A stretch of DNA of 63,432 nucleotides, filler included. It is 5 parts of 5 records of this genome, joined end to end, with 100 filler letters (N's around TTAATTAATTAA, not from the genome) between each part and the next. Parts side by side here need not be neighbours in the genome. Positions count along the whole stretch, not along the records: positions 28,674 to 49,270 come from SRR20825019_2279; 4 more parts are not named here. One strand, given 5' to 3'. Shown here one piece after another: positions 34,301-45,333 of the stretch (positions within the stretch are counted from its first letter, which is position 1; every line of letters begins with the position of its first letter). The notes beneath the pieces were generated by a model. It did no database searches. It saw nothing but the letters and a program-made list of their open reading frames with translations, and had not been told where the DNA came from. Made by a program: the position numbers and the translations under genes.

Positions 34301-34900
34301 GAGCCGCTGCCTCCCAGCAAACTCACCGAAAACGGGCCGGTGCTGTTGGCAAGGGGATTTTTCTACATGAGTAGATTCTTTGGGATCATGGGCGAGCAGA
34401 CTGTGGATGTGTTCAAGACCACTGGGGAGAACTATTGCGGGATCAGCTTGGCCACAGCTCGTAAAGAGTACAAGGGTGTCCTTGAGAAGTACTACAGTAC
34501 ATTCTCCGAAGAGAAGAGAGACGAGTATCTGAAGAGCTACTGCTATGGGCTTTCGTTGACTTACTCCCTGTTGACCGAAGCGTACGGGCTGAAGGACTCT
34601 GACAACGTGAATATCGTTGATTCAACGGGCGGACACACAATTGATTGGCCCTCCGGCGCTATTATGTGGTATAGCAGCGAGCATCACGAGGAGGGAGAGG
34701 TTCAAACCGTGCAGAGTACGGCCAGCACTAGCCAGAATACAGCAATCCTGGCCTCTATCGCGCTGTTGGCAATGCAGGTGTCAGCATTAGCATTGTGCCT
34801 TGGCATCGTGGTCCGCAAACTGATTCTCCTTAATGAGCATAATGAAATGGTCGATCAGATTGAGGACAAGCTTTACCAGGCTCCGGGATACCGCAGCTAA
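31388..34900 (+). CDS. GDA1/CD39 (apyrase/NTPDase) family protein with long acidic N-terminal region and C-terminal TM; probably catalytically degenerate
   Basis: Signal peptide, MLDAGS (ACR1), PGL.SY, Y.W..AN, G.I.LG, SPC, YC, W..GA, C-terminal TM. Single exon. Confidence 0.85.
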   Translation: MGGFRASLLLVYVVGALAISTGTGDHPKTTGGQSEFDAEWQQLLHENANLISGASAMPGDATQPELDESAHSVNSPSSLTSADAEPSNSAYQSMLRGKLVAASGGDSVSAHEHDAGSEKGPVDATSVNSHEGGHGDHEAENGHDKTGEHGETSVSAESHAKAEPKHKDTSDKKNTDKKDKKAKKAEGGPAALREADERNYEAAQEEPRDSHGHHDTTADKHKLSSDHHAPGKAGEKVGDGVHADKSQVGAADAQKKHEEAAADTEAPVTKEESEAEKEKAVNEAASEERESEIGDGASVDIGGGDDDADGTSGETADDYSNSAGTSERILAEQNIPSSSNETEIVDSTAVAGALNSTSNHTAPGGLNQTAMPIGANNTGSEPVAQEGDDEEVDAAGLASANSTTASNGTLGGNSTETMPTRREIREQIREDNEDAENVDDAISDDTRMRREAEGRLEAQHEANETLSDAVVEDKLKDEVKKKQENKDEEEEDDELEKKKEEMEKVEAEAEKEKEDVKAEKARLDSDERTKAKAMEKQIQDKNSDDTNSNAAGERTSGDVGDPVEATNSTSSAPADGEDVPTTADDGMNDITSDVDAVDGVGNSTESASSDNSTAPASPLGEEAVKQPDDSTPASSQGSIEEEADQESDQQMKESSVPDTDDEHEYFIMLDAGSVRTKLAISMHYPKPRGDADAKARTEMMEIDDSYVTQTTPGLVSYLDNLDQIEDALHPLLETAQNSVPPAKRSSTPVAVFLTGEITQQSRQKVSLLLDEIRSVMATYPFEFHYGYVRIMPGDDKAAYTWISANEGFKRLDEGANTLGVISLGSQETVVAYQPTKDFLPLDPNAGGYNISLAAVKHDLFAYGYAGLGMESSMKGYYNQLVSSSETPTVELEEELVHALEGAAMSPCLLLGDTKEVGNGAKVTTVNSGKHGETLVIGGDFKECVNDITTMVVKGEREVTSFGKTSLKSTANEPLPPSKLTENGPVLLARGFFYMSRFFGIMGEQTVDVFKTTGENYCGISLATARKEYKGVLEKYYSTFSEEKRDEYLKSYCYGLSLTYSLLTEAYGLKDSDNVNIVDSTGGHTIDWPSGAIMWYSSEHHEEGEVQTVQSTASTSQNTAILASIALLAMQVSALALCLGIVVRKLILLNEHNEMVDQIEDKLYQAPGYRS

Positions 34901-35009
34901 CGGCCGACATAGGCCTCGTTTAATAAATGTACGAAGTGATGACGGATCCATCGCAGTTGCGGAATGCGTGGCAGGTTGAAGTACCGTCCAGTGTCTCTTG
35001 GTGGCTTAA

Positions 35010-36534
35010 GTGGTATTCCAAGCCTCTACACCTGCGTCGTGGGTTCGTAGCGAACCCGTTGCCATACCATTACCATATCCCCAGCCCGTTGCTCCATTAA
35101 GTGCTCCTCCAAGAGGACGGTAGTCCGAACTACTGGGTTCTCTTCGACATCAATATCAGGATGTGCGAGAGGCTGTGTGTGAATGTTGTGAACAACCTGT
35201 TGAAGTAATCGTTACCATGTTGATCGCTGATGTACGCTTGGGCAGCACACCTTTGAGTTCGTTCCCATATCATGCAACATGTACTTTCCCGTGTGGCTAG
35301 ACATGACTGTCCAATATCCACTAACCTAGCCACACAAATGCAGTCAGTCCGCAAGCAATGGTGGACCAATTTGTAGCCCGTATGCACCTTTCTTCCTTGT
35401 TTCCGCTGCATCAGCATTTCGCTTACGCTGCCATCAAGCCCATAGAACAGCGTACCCTCGCGGCGAGGAACGACCGGCGATCCCTTAACATCCATAGATT
35501 TGAGCGCCCACACTCCATTAAGTCTGTCCGCTCCCCGAGGCTTCAGCCCCATGAACTCAGGATTAGTTGGGATGGCCTCCGGCATTCTAATGAACGGCTC
35601 CCCCTTTGCAATTTGGTCGGGCGGCCGCAGCATACCAGGCACTGAATTTTGATATAGTCTGTCAAATGCATGCCGCTCCACTTTCTGCTTCTTTTTGGAT
35701 TTCGGCAGCACCTGCCGCGAAACTTGCACCCTCCTGCTCTTTTTCATAATTGATGAAAGCTGATCAATCAGCTCTTTTTCTGCCTTGGGAAAGGCTATCT
35801 GCAAACGCTGCCGATCGTAATCAAAAAATCCGACGGCAATCTATAAAGGAAGCCTCCCTGGTTTAGTTTCGAGAATATTGACTGCCAGGCTTGCTCGTGG
35901 GCTTACCATTCGTTCAAATATCAAAAGATACTTCAAGTAAATGTCGAGCAACGGTTCCAAGTAACGTTCATGCTGCGACACCTTGTAGTTTACAACCTTA
36001 AATACATCTTTGACTACAGTTGGCCATTGCTTCTGCAGGATAACCTATAGCCCACAAATCAGCCTCTCGAAGGAGTTTCCGCATAACGGCATACGCTGTC
36101 GATTCCCTTCAGGCGCTTCACAACAAGAAAATAGTCAAGAAGGGCTGAGTGCTTTGTGAGCATTGTGGTGCATAAGTTTTCGGTGCCCTTACCAAGCTTC
36201 CTATCTCCACAGTCCACGCACCCCGACTCCGGTGCCTCAAACGGGAAGCCAAACATTTCGGCAATGCGGCGAGTACTCTTAGCAAACTAAAAGAAGTCTC
36301 AGCACAAAGATGTCAACATGGAATGAGTCATGAGCCCCATACCTCTTTGAAAGACGATTGTAGACTTTCCAGAGTGGGCTCCGCTTGATCGTCGCCCTCA
36401 TCTTCTTCTTTCGGCGCAAGAGTTTGTTCGTTCTGTTCCTTTCCCTCCTTCACCTCCTCAGGCAACCCCACAGGAGCGAAATTGGCTGTCATATCGTCCT
36501 GTGATGCCTTCATGCCCATATCTGCTACACCCAA
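35010..36534 (-). CDS. Hypothetical eukaryotic multi-exon protein
   Basis: ORFs 36328-36534, 36059-36256 and 35130-35804 are linked by short GT-AG introns. Both ends approximate. Confidence 0.55.
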
Positions 36535-37499
36535 TGGCTATACCGGTCCGAATATGCTGATAGTCCAGCCGTCGCAGTCGATTCCATTACTTAAATCTTC
36601 ACAACAAAGCCTTATAGCACCCGCCTAGAAGAGGCATGAGGGTGCTTGATAAGAGCACATGTGTTAGCTAGCTGGGTCTGGTGAGGGGTGAGTAGCGACC
36701 CCGGCCCAGCGCGCCTGGCGGGCCGCCCTCAGCCACGGCACGGCACGGGGCGTCTGGCGCCGGGGGCGGCCTGGCGCGGCCGGCGGTCGGGGCGCCGAGA
36801 TGGGGGGGGGGCTGTGAGTGGGTTTGGGGTCGCGAGTGGGTGAGAACGCACGGCCTGCGCAGCCCACGCCGCGGCGGCACCGGGACGGGGGGCGCGCCAC
36901 TCGAATGGACCGCGGCCCCCGGCCGGCCGGGCCGCCGGGGGTGCCGGCGGCGGCTGAGCCCGCGCCGGTGAAGGCCCGGCCGGCCCTGACCCCGAGTGTG
37001 ATCGGAGTCAGTGCGCTAAATTAGAAGTTCTTTGGATTGACGGGACCCGCTGAAATCAGTGACAGGTTTTCAGAGTCGCGGAGCGCCAGTCAGGTCACTG
37101 CGCGGCCATCGCGCCGCGTTCCTCAGCGTTCGGGGTCGTATTCATGACCGCCTGCACCAGCCATGGCCCCTTCAGCCCATGACACTGAGCGCCGCAAGCC
37201 GGCCGGGCCGGGCATTGCAGCATTCCATAACCACACAACAAAGGTCATCATGTATCACAACAGCCCCACGGTCCCACACAGCACGAACCGTAGCCAAGTT
37301 TACTTCAGCAAAGTCATCCAGCGGCTCACAGTGGACCCGGCCTCCACCAGCAAGACCCTCGTCAAGAGACTCTTAGTTGAAGCTGTAGGATCCAACCTCA
37401 ATGTTGGGTCCTCTTTTGTGATGAACTGACATCCTCCGTTGTAAAAGCGTCGTTAACTTTCAACCTGGACTCTTCTCACTACTCCAACCCACTCAAGCA

Positions 37500-38019
37500 T
37501 TACACCGACGCCTTTGTGGAGACGTCATCATGATAGTTTTCAGGCACCGCGAGGCCCACAGTCTGCGCAGACTTCTTTACACGTTCACGGTCTAGGTCTA
37601 GCTTGTCATCCAAATGACCAATGTCCTTCAACAAGAACTACAGCAAAGTTAGAAATTCATGAAGCATCGCTCTCCAAGCACTTACAACGTGCCGATCCAA
37701 AGCTTCCAGGTGTGTCACATACTGTACAATATCATTACATCAGAGGCAATTCTAGAATGCTTACCCCGTCAAACATACCATGGCCGCATTTTTAGTCAAG
37801 CCCTCGGCCTCGGCCGGCCCAGCAGAACGGTTTTTTCTGTACTCATCCAATATAAAAGTGCTTAGACCTTTCATACTGCAAAAGGGACGGGGAATTCAGA
37901 CCACTACTTCGAGAATCCACTACCATGCACAAGTAGCACCTTTCTGCAGAGTGGGAGTTCCTCTTTGAAACTCTTCGGAGAAGCTGCCTCAGAACAGATA
38001 CAGTTTCAACTGACGACAT
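37500..38019 (-). CDS. FMC1-like (LYR-family) mitochondrial ATP synthase assembly factor, 4 exons
   Basis: Manual splice: MSSVETVSVLRQLLRRV...FILDEYRKN...YVTHL...LL...RVKKSAQTVGLAVPENY. Absent from the ORF track. Confidence 0.7.
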
Positions 38020-38462
38020 AACCAGTCTTCCTTGTGAGTAAAATCAAAATTGAACATAGATATAGCTTCCGCGAGGTGACGATGCCCAGCCCCCGCGGCC
38101 ACAGACGATCGTCCGAGCACGCCCGCACGGGCCGGTCTTCCCCTGGCGTCCCCGCCGGATGCAGCCGCCCGCCACCGGGCCGCCCGCGACGGAGCGCCGG
38201 GCGCCAGCCCGGCCCGCACGTGCCAGCAGTGCGCCCAGCCGCCGCCCGCCCCGCCGCATCTGTCAGGCGGCCTGGCTGCGGCACGCTTGGGGACTGCCGC
38301 GCTGCGCCGATGAGTCATCATCAGTGACGGGCCGCAAAGGAATTGCTGCATTGTTCGTAATAACGGCGGTCATCGCTATTCACCGATTCAGAGTGATCAT
38401 CGGACCTCTTCCGGAACGGCACGCCTCACTCACATGACGGCCAGCCTTCTCATAGCAAGTGG

Positions 38463-39900
38463 GTGGAGTATGATGACCAGACACTCGATCCATTGAACGG
38501 CATGCCCCAGCCTGATGAGCCGCGGCCGCCGCGGCCACTGGACTCAACCGGTGGGCAGCCCGTCCGGGCCCGGTCGGCCGGCATTCCCCGGGATCGAGCC
38601 AAGGGCCGGCCGGGGCTCAGCAGTACTCGGCGCAGCAGTACTCGGCACGAGTCCAGCGGTAGAACGACGCGGCGCGGCCGTCCCGCGGGCCCCGCAGAGG
38701 AGCCGAGCTATCAAGTCACTTCGGGAATGGCCTGTCATTTCGCAACCACTGCTGGTTTCTCGGCCCTAGCCTGGGTAACAATGGTGACTGTTGGTGAGCC
38801 TGGGTCGCCTTGGCTCAACTTCGGGTTCAGTCTGGGAATTCTCAGATGAGTGAGAATGCGCTGCCTTTATGCTGGAGATGCCAGCATATATACTGGCGGT
38901 CTCCATTGATGATATGTGACGTTGGTGGCCTTTGTGGTCTCTGGGCCATGTATGGTAGGAAAAAGAGGGACTCTGTGGTGGCAATTTCTGCCACCACTGG
39001 AGGGGAGGGAGTGACTGCTGGAAGGTACGAAGGTGACTTCAATAAGGGAGGGAAGAAGCATGGACTAGGAGTCTACATGTGGGGTGACAAAAGCAGATAT
39101 GAAGGGGAATGGAGAAACGGTGAAAAGGAACCATATGGAGTATATACTTGGCCTGACGGGAGTCGTTATGCTGGAGAATGGCTACAGGGGAGGAAGCACG
39201 GGTTCGGTGTTGCCATTCACCCGGATGGGAGACACTTGGAAGGCAAATGGATGGAGGGTAACTATGTTGGGTTCAAGGACGGTAACCTGCCTGTTGGTGA
39301 GTGTGATTCCTGACCGAGTGACCTCTCAGTGTTCTAATAATAGTGCAGCCAAGGAGCAAGAAGACGTAATGGCCGGGCTTACACAGCAGTCTTTCAGGGC
39401 TGCGGAGGTTGCTTTCTTGACCGCAAGGAAAGCACTGCTTCGCTCACCCTCTTTTGGGGATTTCTCTATGGACTACACAGACGACAAAATTGAGTGGTGT
39501 CGCGAGTCCCGTGTCCCCACTATTGAAGAGATTGACCTAGACATCTTGAGGGTATGTTGTACCTCTGTAGATTACAGTGCAGTCTTCTGATGTACGAGAA
39601 ACCTGCAGAAGAAGCCCCCGCCAGGAAAGTTCCCCGCTCCGCCCCCTATGGTTAATGTGCCTGAGCGCTTGCTACCAGAAGGAAAGTGGCCGCATCCACC
39701 GAATGTATGTCCCATGCCGTTCCGTGGCTGGGATGTGTGCTAATGTTTTGTTGTAGCCCTTGAACGAGGTCATGGAACTACTTGAATACGTTGACTCGGA
39801 AGGGGAGGGCACATATGACTCTGATATTAGCGTTGAAAAGGAGCAGAATGCAGATCCAGAAACTGACTCTGACGAGGATCCCCCTGTCGCCGACCCCTAA
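38463..39900 (+). CDS. MORN-repeat membrane protein (multi-exon)
   Basis: YEGDF..GKKHGLGVY.W.D.SRYEGEW.NG repeats preceded by hydrophobic segments. Start uncertain. Confidence 0.75.
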
Positions 39901-39999
39901 CTGCACTGAGAAATACCAGTATGGGCTAGTGAAGTGTACAGAATGGAGCGCGGATTCTTGCTGAGGTGAGGTCGGCGGATTGAGAGTGCCCACCGCAAG

Positions 40000-41843
40000 T
40001 CATGAGGAATGATTTGGGTGTCCATGAAAGTAAACATGGGTTCATTCAAGGTTTGGTTTTATGTGACATGGTGCCATGCTACCTGTATGCGCGCGTCAGG
40101 ATCAAAGAGCTTGGCGTGTTTTTCGATTACTCTCCATGCGTTGATAGACGTGCAGCCAGCTATTCTGACATCCTCTAAGCTGGTGCTCTCCCCAATGTCT
40201 AGAACTTGCAGCGATTTCATCCCTGTGCAATCCAATGACACCAGTCGGGGAAGCCGTGCCTGAATCTACGCAATAATGAGCGTGTTAGTTCTTCACATAT
40301 ACTTAAAGGGATCCCCTCTCACCAAGCCAATGCTAAGGCATCCATTGAGGTTTAGGGACATCAGCTCAGGAGATGCCTCAAGGACCTTCCCAATATTGCT
40401 CAATGTTCTGCACCCAAAGCAGTTCAGTTCTGTCAACCGACACGTCCACGGCGGCCCTTCCATGCCATCCTTGGTGACCGTTGGATCAGGAAGCACTTCG
40501 ATATCTTCAAGAGATCTACAGTTAGTGGCTACAATTCTCCTGATGTTATTTGACCCGGTAACTGTTACTCTCTTCAGCACCTTGCTGTTAGATAGATGAA
40601 GTTCTTCCAAGCAAGGGCATTGCAGACTCAGCGTTGTAAGATTTGGGCACTATAATACAATAAAACGCAACTTAGGACGCATACGGTGTCACAAGGCAAT
40701 TCCTCACCTCGTTCAACCGAATCACAGTCAAGGATAGGTGTGTGAGCGATATGGTCGATAGCCGGTTGCAGTGAGACATGTCCAGTGATGTCAGACTGCT
40801 TCCGTATTTCTCAATTGATCTCATGCCATCTTTCGAGAGCCGGCCGCATTTAGATAGGGTAGCCGTTTGTAGTAGCTAGATAAAGCGTCAGTGCCAACCA
40901 GAGCAAAGGCGCCAAGTCACGTACCCGACAGCGCTGTAGAGTCAGAGTCAGAACCTCATCATTCATTCCGCGGCAATTCGACGCGAGCAGGGTCCCTAGA
41001 TTCGGGTGGTAAGGCCATGTTTCCTCATCAAAGTCAGAGTTGGAGACAGCCAGCCTCCGAAGCACAGAACAATCCAATATTGCCTCTTGCAGCTCTTCCA
41101 AGGAGACATCGTCGTGGGATACACCACATACATCCAAGTTTGTGACTGTCCTTTCAACAGATCGCACTATAGCTGGGGTATAGACACTGCACACATTTCC
41201 TAACACAAGTGACGCTGGTTTCTCGGTAAGTTGTATTAGCGCCCGCACATATGGAGTAGGGAGTCGTGTTTTGTGTGCGACAATATCCCGCTTCGATTCT
41301 GACAGATGGTGTGCCGCAAGCATTGCCGTTGCTCTAGAGCACTATGACATGGCACAACGATTACTATGAGCATATGTGGACTAACAAGACCAATTACCCT
41401 GGAGAAGTTAAGAAGATCCTTAAGGGCGATCTTTTCGAAGATAGAATGCAGGAGCTCGTAGGGAAGAGTGTCAAATATAGTCTCAGAATGAACGGTACCA
41501 CCCTTCGTCTCGTTCAAGAGTCCGGCATGGCTCTCCGAGTGACTCAAGACAAAGTTCACACCCTCCTCGACTGAAAAGACCCCGCTACAAGAGTCCAGAG
41601 CGAGACACACGCGGTCTGCGTCGATGCCCATCTGCAAAACACACACATCGAATATCTGCTCCCTGAAACTCAGTCAGCTATCACGCGGGGGGCACGTTCC
41701 CAGCGACACTATTACCGAAGAAAGTCTGAGAGAGGCACAGTCTCCACTTTTGGTGGACTCGACACGCGAAGACCAGTAAATCGCCCAAATACCTCGGGGC
41801 TATTCAGAGCACGGCCTCTTCCGGAACTTCCTCGTCGCGGCAT
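40000..41843 (-). CDS. UBA-like + F-box + leucine-rich-repeat protein (multi-exon)
   Basis: MGIDADRVCLAL..C...VEEGVNFVL (UBA-like), LPYELLHSIFEKI..KDLLNFSRV (F-box), Cys-containing LRRs (LxLxxC). 3' end approximate. Confidence 0.72.
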
Positions 41844-42958
41844 GGGAAAACTTCAGCTTCCAAACAAAGTATATGGAGCTTGAAGCGAACAAGGTGGGCT
41901 ACTGAAAGGTGAAGTATATATGAGTTTACGTGAGTGAATATCGGCCGCAGAGGCTCTCACCAAGTCAGAGCTGACAAGGTGGCCTGCAACACACGCCGGC
42001 GCCTCTTCGATTGGGAGCGGCCCAAGGACTCGGACTCAGGCCATTGCAGCCCCTTCGAGTGGCGACCGGAGTTTGTTAGTGGTGACCGCCGGCGGGCACG
42101 AGGAAGTGGGCAAGCGCGGACCACTGGCGAGCGCCGCGGCACGACTGCGCCGCACCTCCTCACGGGGCGTGCCGGCGGTGCCCAGCCATTGTTGAGTGCG
42201 GATCGGATCATGACTGCTGTCGTCCAACTAACTAATGATGGATCCGGCTCCATGACACAACTGAACCCTCGGCTCACCACCACCGTGACAGTGCCGGAGA
42301 GTGAACTTCTCCACGGCACTGTGGGCATGATCTGGAATCAAGTCGCGTTCCTGTTCCCGAGCGCATTAGTGTCAATTAGCCGTCCGGCCTGTTTGGCGTC
42401 AGCCGGGCTCATATCCTCCAGAGGCGGCCTTCCCACTGACGGACTCATCGGCCTGGCGCGACGCGGCAGTCGCCCGGGGTCGTAGGCTTGCCACCATAGG
42501 ACGTACTCCGTTAGTTCGTCAGTGTCGGGCCGGCACCGTGCGGGGGTGGCGGGGGACGAGGGCCCAACCGGAGGTGCTCAGAGAGGGACCGCCTCGTATC
42601 GGAGCGGTGAGTCTCGGATCGAAGAGAAGGCTTCAATTGAATTGAGTCGGATCAAGTGCCTCGGCCTTCGCCCGTAAGCGGTCACGGAACGCGGCCCCCC
42701 GCCCGGGGTGCCACCCCCGGCGGCGCTGAGCCCGCGACGCCGCCGCCGCGCCGCCGGCGGCCCCACTCGGCCCGCGGGGACTGCAAGCGGGCCGGACCGC
42801 CGGCCCCGGCAGTGTTCGCAAGGACCCGCAAATCTACTGTGTTTTCCCATTGCCTTCACCATGTATTCTCCGAGCCAAACAATCCTGAGGCCCGGTCCTC
42901 TCGGTATAAATACCCTTGCGCGCACCAAAAAAAAAAAACTAAGCTGCTGAGACACACA

Positions 42959-43718
42959 ATGGGTGACACTATGATGACCAAAGACCTCTACGGTGGGGCC
43001 ATCACCGTTAATTTGGAGAGTCGCTTCGTGGACGTCAGGTATATAGGAATATTCCATTTTTACTGTGAATCTAACGAGTCATTTGGGTAGCGAAATAAGG
43101 CAAGTCCCCGACCACCAGGAAGTATATGCGGATGTAAACACGGATCAAAGTGTGATCTTCGAGCTTCTATCAAAGGCTGAAGTGGCAGACGAGCAAGCTG
43201 GCAAGTATCACTTGGATGATTTGGTGTCAGGAGAGCACACTGTCCTGAGTGATGAGTCAATTAGTAGCACCGATTGTCCCGGAGTCGGGTATGATCCTCG
43301 CTTATTCATCAACTTGATCGTGTCTAAAGGATCGTCGCTCGTCGCAGAGAAGGCGCAAAGCGGGTCGTGACCTGCGAGATGCTGGAGTCAAAGTTTAAGG
43401 AGGCTGAAAAAAACAATGTTATAGTGTTTCTGGCGGTTCTTCGAATGGAGTCTGTCGAGACTGACTTCATCGTAAGCATGAATGTTCCTGTGAGCATCAA
43501 TCAAGGTGAGTCGCTGCACTGGTGGCGTTTTGATCTTGAGTTTAAGAAGAGTTGGTGCAGATAGTAGCAGCGCAAAGAATGCCCTTGAGGGAGGCGCTGC
43601 TGTGCTTGTTGGGAATAGGGATTTTGGCACCAAAGACGCCGTTGTAAAGGGCGCTCTTGATTCCTTCAAGGCTGTTCTCAAGTCGCTGAAGATTGTCAAC
43701 TGGGGGCTCTTCGGGTAA
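42959..43718 (+). CDS. MOG1: Mog1 / Ran guanine-nucleotide release factor (multi-exon)
   Basis: LYGGAI....F.DVS|EIRQVPDHQEVY....DQSVIFELL ... SKFKE ... ETDFIVSMN ... WGLFG. Confidence 0.88.
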
Positions 43719-43867
43719 CAAACCTGACATCCCAGTAACTCCAAACTCCCATTTTTGCGCGTAAGCGTTGCAACCACTTGCGCTCTCTCTTGTTCTTGTA
43801 TTCCGAATACCATCAGTGTCCTATATGCATAAATAAATCTGTATCGCCTACCTTTGCTGCACGACCA

Positions 43868-45333
43868 CTATAGCTTCAAAGACAAATCATTCGTGAGCTC
43901 CGTAGCACTCGCCAGTGCGGTACGCAGTGACTTGACTAGCTCTTTGACATCATCCCTCTGAGCTAGCATTCGCTCTCGGATCATGCTGGGCTCCTACCAC
44001 CGCATTAGAGACAAATACACTAAGACCTGGGCCACGTTACCATCTTGAAAATACACGCATTCCTTCTTATAAGTGGATCGCCGGTGCTTCCTGTGAAGTA
44101 TACATCCGGGGTCGATGGCTTCATCACCCGGATTTCCACGATCCAATGCATTTTTCCATCAGGGGATTCTTCTGCCTGGATATCATCGGGAACCCCTATT
44201 CCACAGTCCCAGTCAATATCTCATCCACTACACTCACGCTAACTTAGTACCGAAAACTCGATGGAAATCAAGGTGATACATGGCCTCAGATACAGGGGGA
44301 TATATATCATGAACTCGCTTGCTCACTGCCTGTCGGAGGTGGTCCTTGTCTTTGTCACTCAATGATTCTCCAAAGACGCATTGGTCATCCCGCACACCAA
44401 AGAGGATGCGGCCGCCTTGACTGTTCAGAAAGCCTACAATATATCTTTCGGCCGTCTCCGCAATTCGTGATACAAGACGTTTTTGGTCTTTCCTCTCGTA
44501 AAAAAGCTTAAACTCGAACTCTACGTCTTCCTCAAACTGGAAGATCTGGCCGTACACAAAAGCCCCGATGCTGGCGAATGGTCAGAAGCCAGCAGTATCG
44601 CACTAAAAGGGTGAACACCTACTCTTCTGTTGGGGCTCTTAATCTGAACTCGCGGTCCTTCCCCGGAGGGATTGCCTTTCGCTCCCTCAGGGCCTTGATG
44701 ACCTTGTGGGCAGCATAGTCCTCTAAGAAGGGCTATTAGTCACAGCTCTGGTCATCCAACACAACATCATACCGGCCTCGAGCTTTGACGAGCCCCAGCC
44801 AACCACTACGAGTTTTTCCTTGAATTTGTGGTGGTGACCAGTTTCCGTCCCGGTAATGACTTCCAAAGGGACTCCGATCGGAAGCAACCCTTCAGAGTTT
44901 GATCTTTGCAATGGCGACTTTTGCCCATCGTCCCCAGCTGAACCTGATGATAATACCATTAGAAACCTTACACGGCAACCTGCCAATCTCGCTTCCCACC
45001 TTTTCTTTTCCGTACCGCCCCGCTGCTCGTGCTTGGTTTCTCGCTTTCTTCACGCTTACCTTTCATAACGTTATAGTACACTGTCAGTGTGCAACGCCAC
45101 TCAGGCACCGAGGTTGATGAGGTATCAGGGGATATTTCCTTCCCGGGATTTGAACCATCCTGTGCAATGTCTTCATAGACGCGACGAAACGCAAGGACTT
45201 GGTTCCTTTTCAGGTGGTATAGGAGGGACCGTGGCTCATTCTCAGCGAACATCCTCCTTATGTTGTTCTGTTGGTGGCTAACATGTTCTTCTGCTGGAGT
45301 AAACACTGTGGTTCTGCTCATGAATAAGAACAC
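43868..45333 (-). CDS. dsRNA-binding domain + Schlafen/AlbA_2 domain fusion protein (at least 6 exons)
   Basis: Introns 44944-44999 (or -45059), 44723-44772, 44571-44622, 44196-44250 and 43994-44040 give an open frame with DSRM motifs PRSLL..., GWGSSKLEAEDYAAHKVIKAL and Schlafen motifs EEDVEFEFK, FLNSQGGRILFGVRDD. Start uncertain. Confidence 0.8.
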
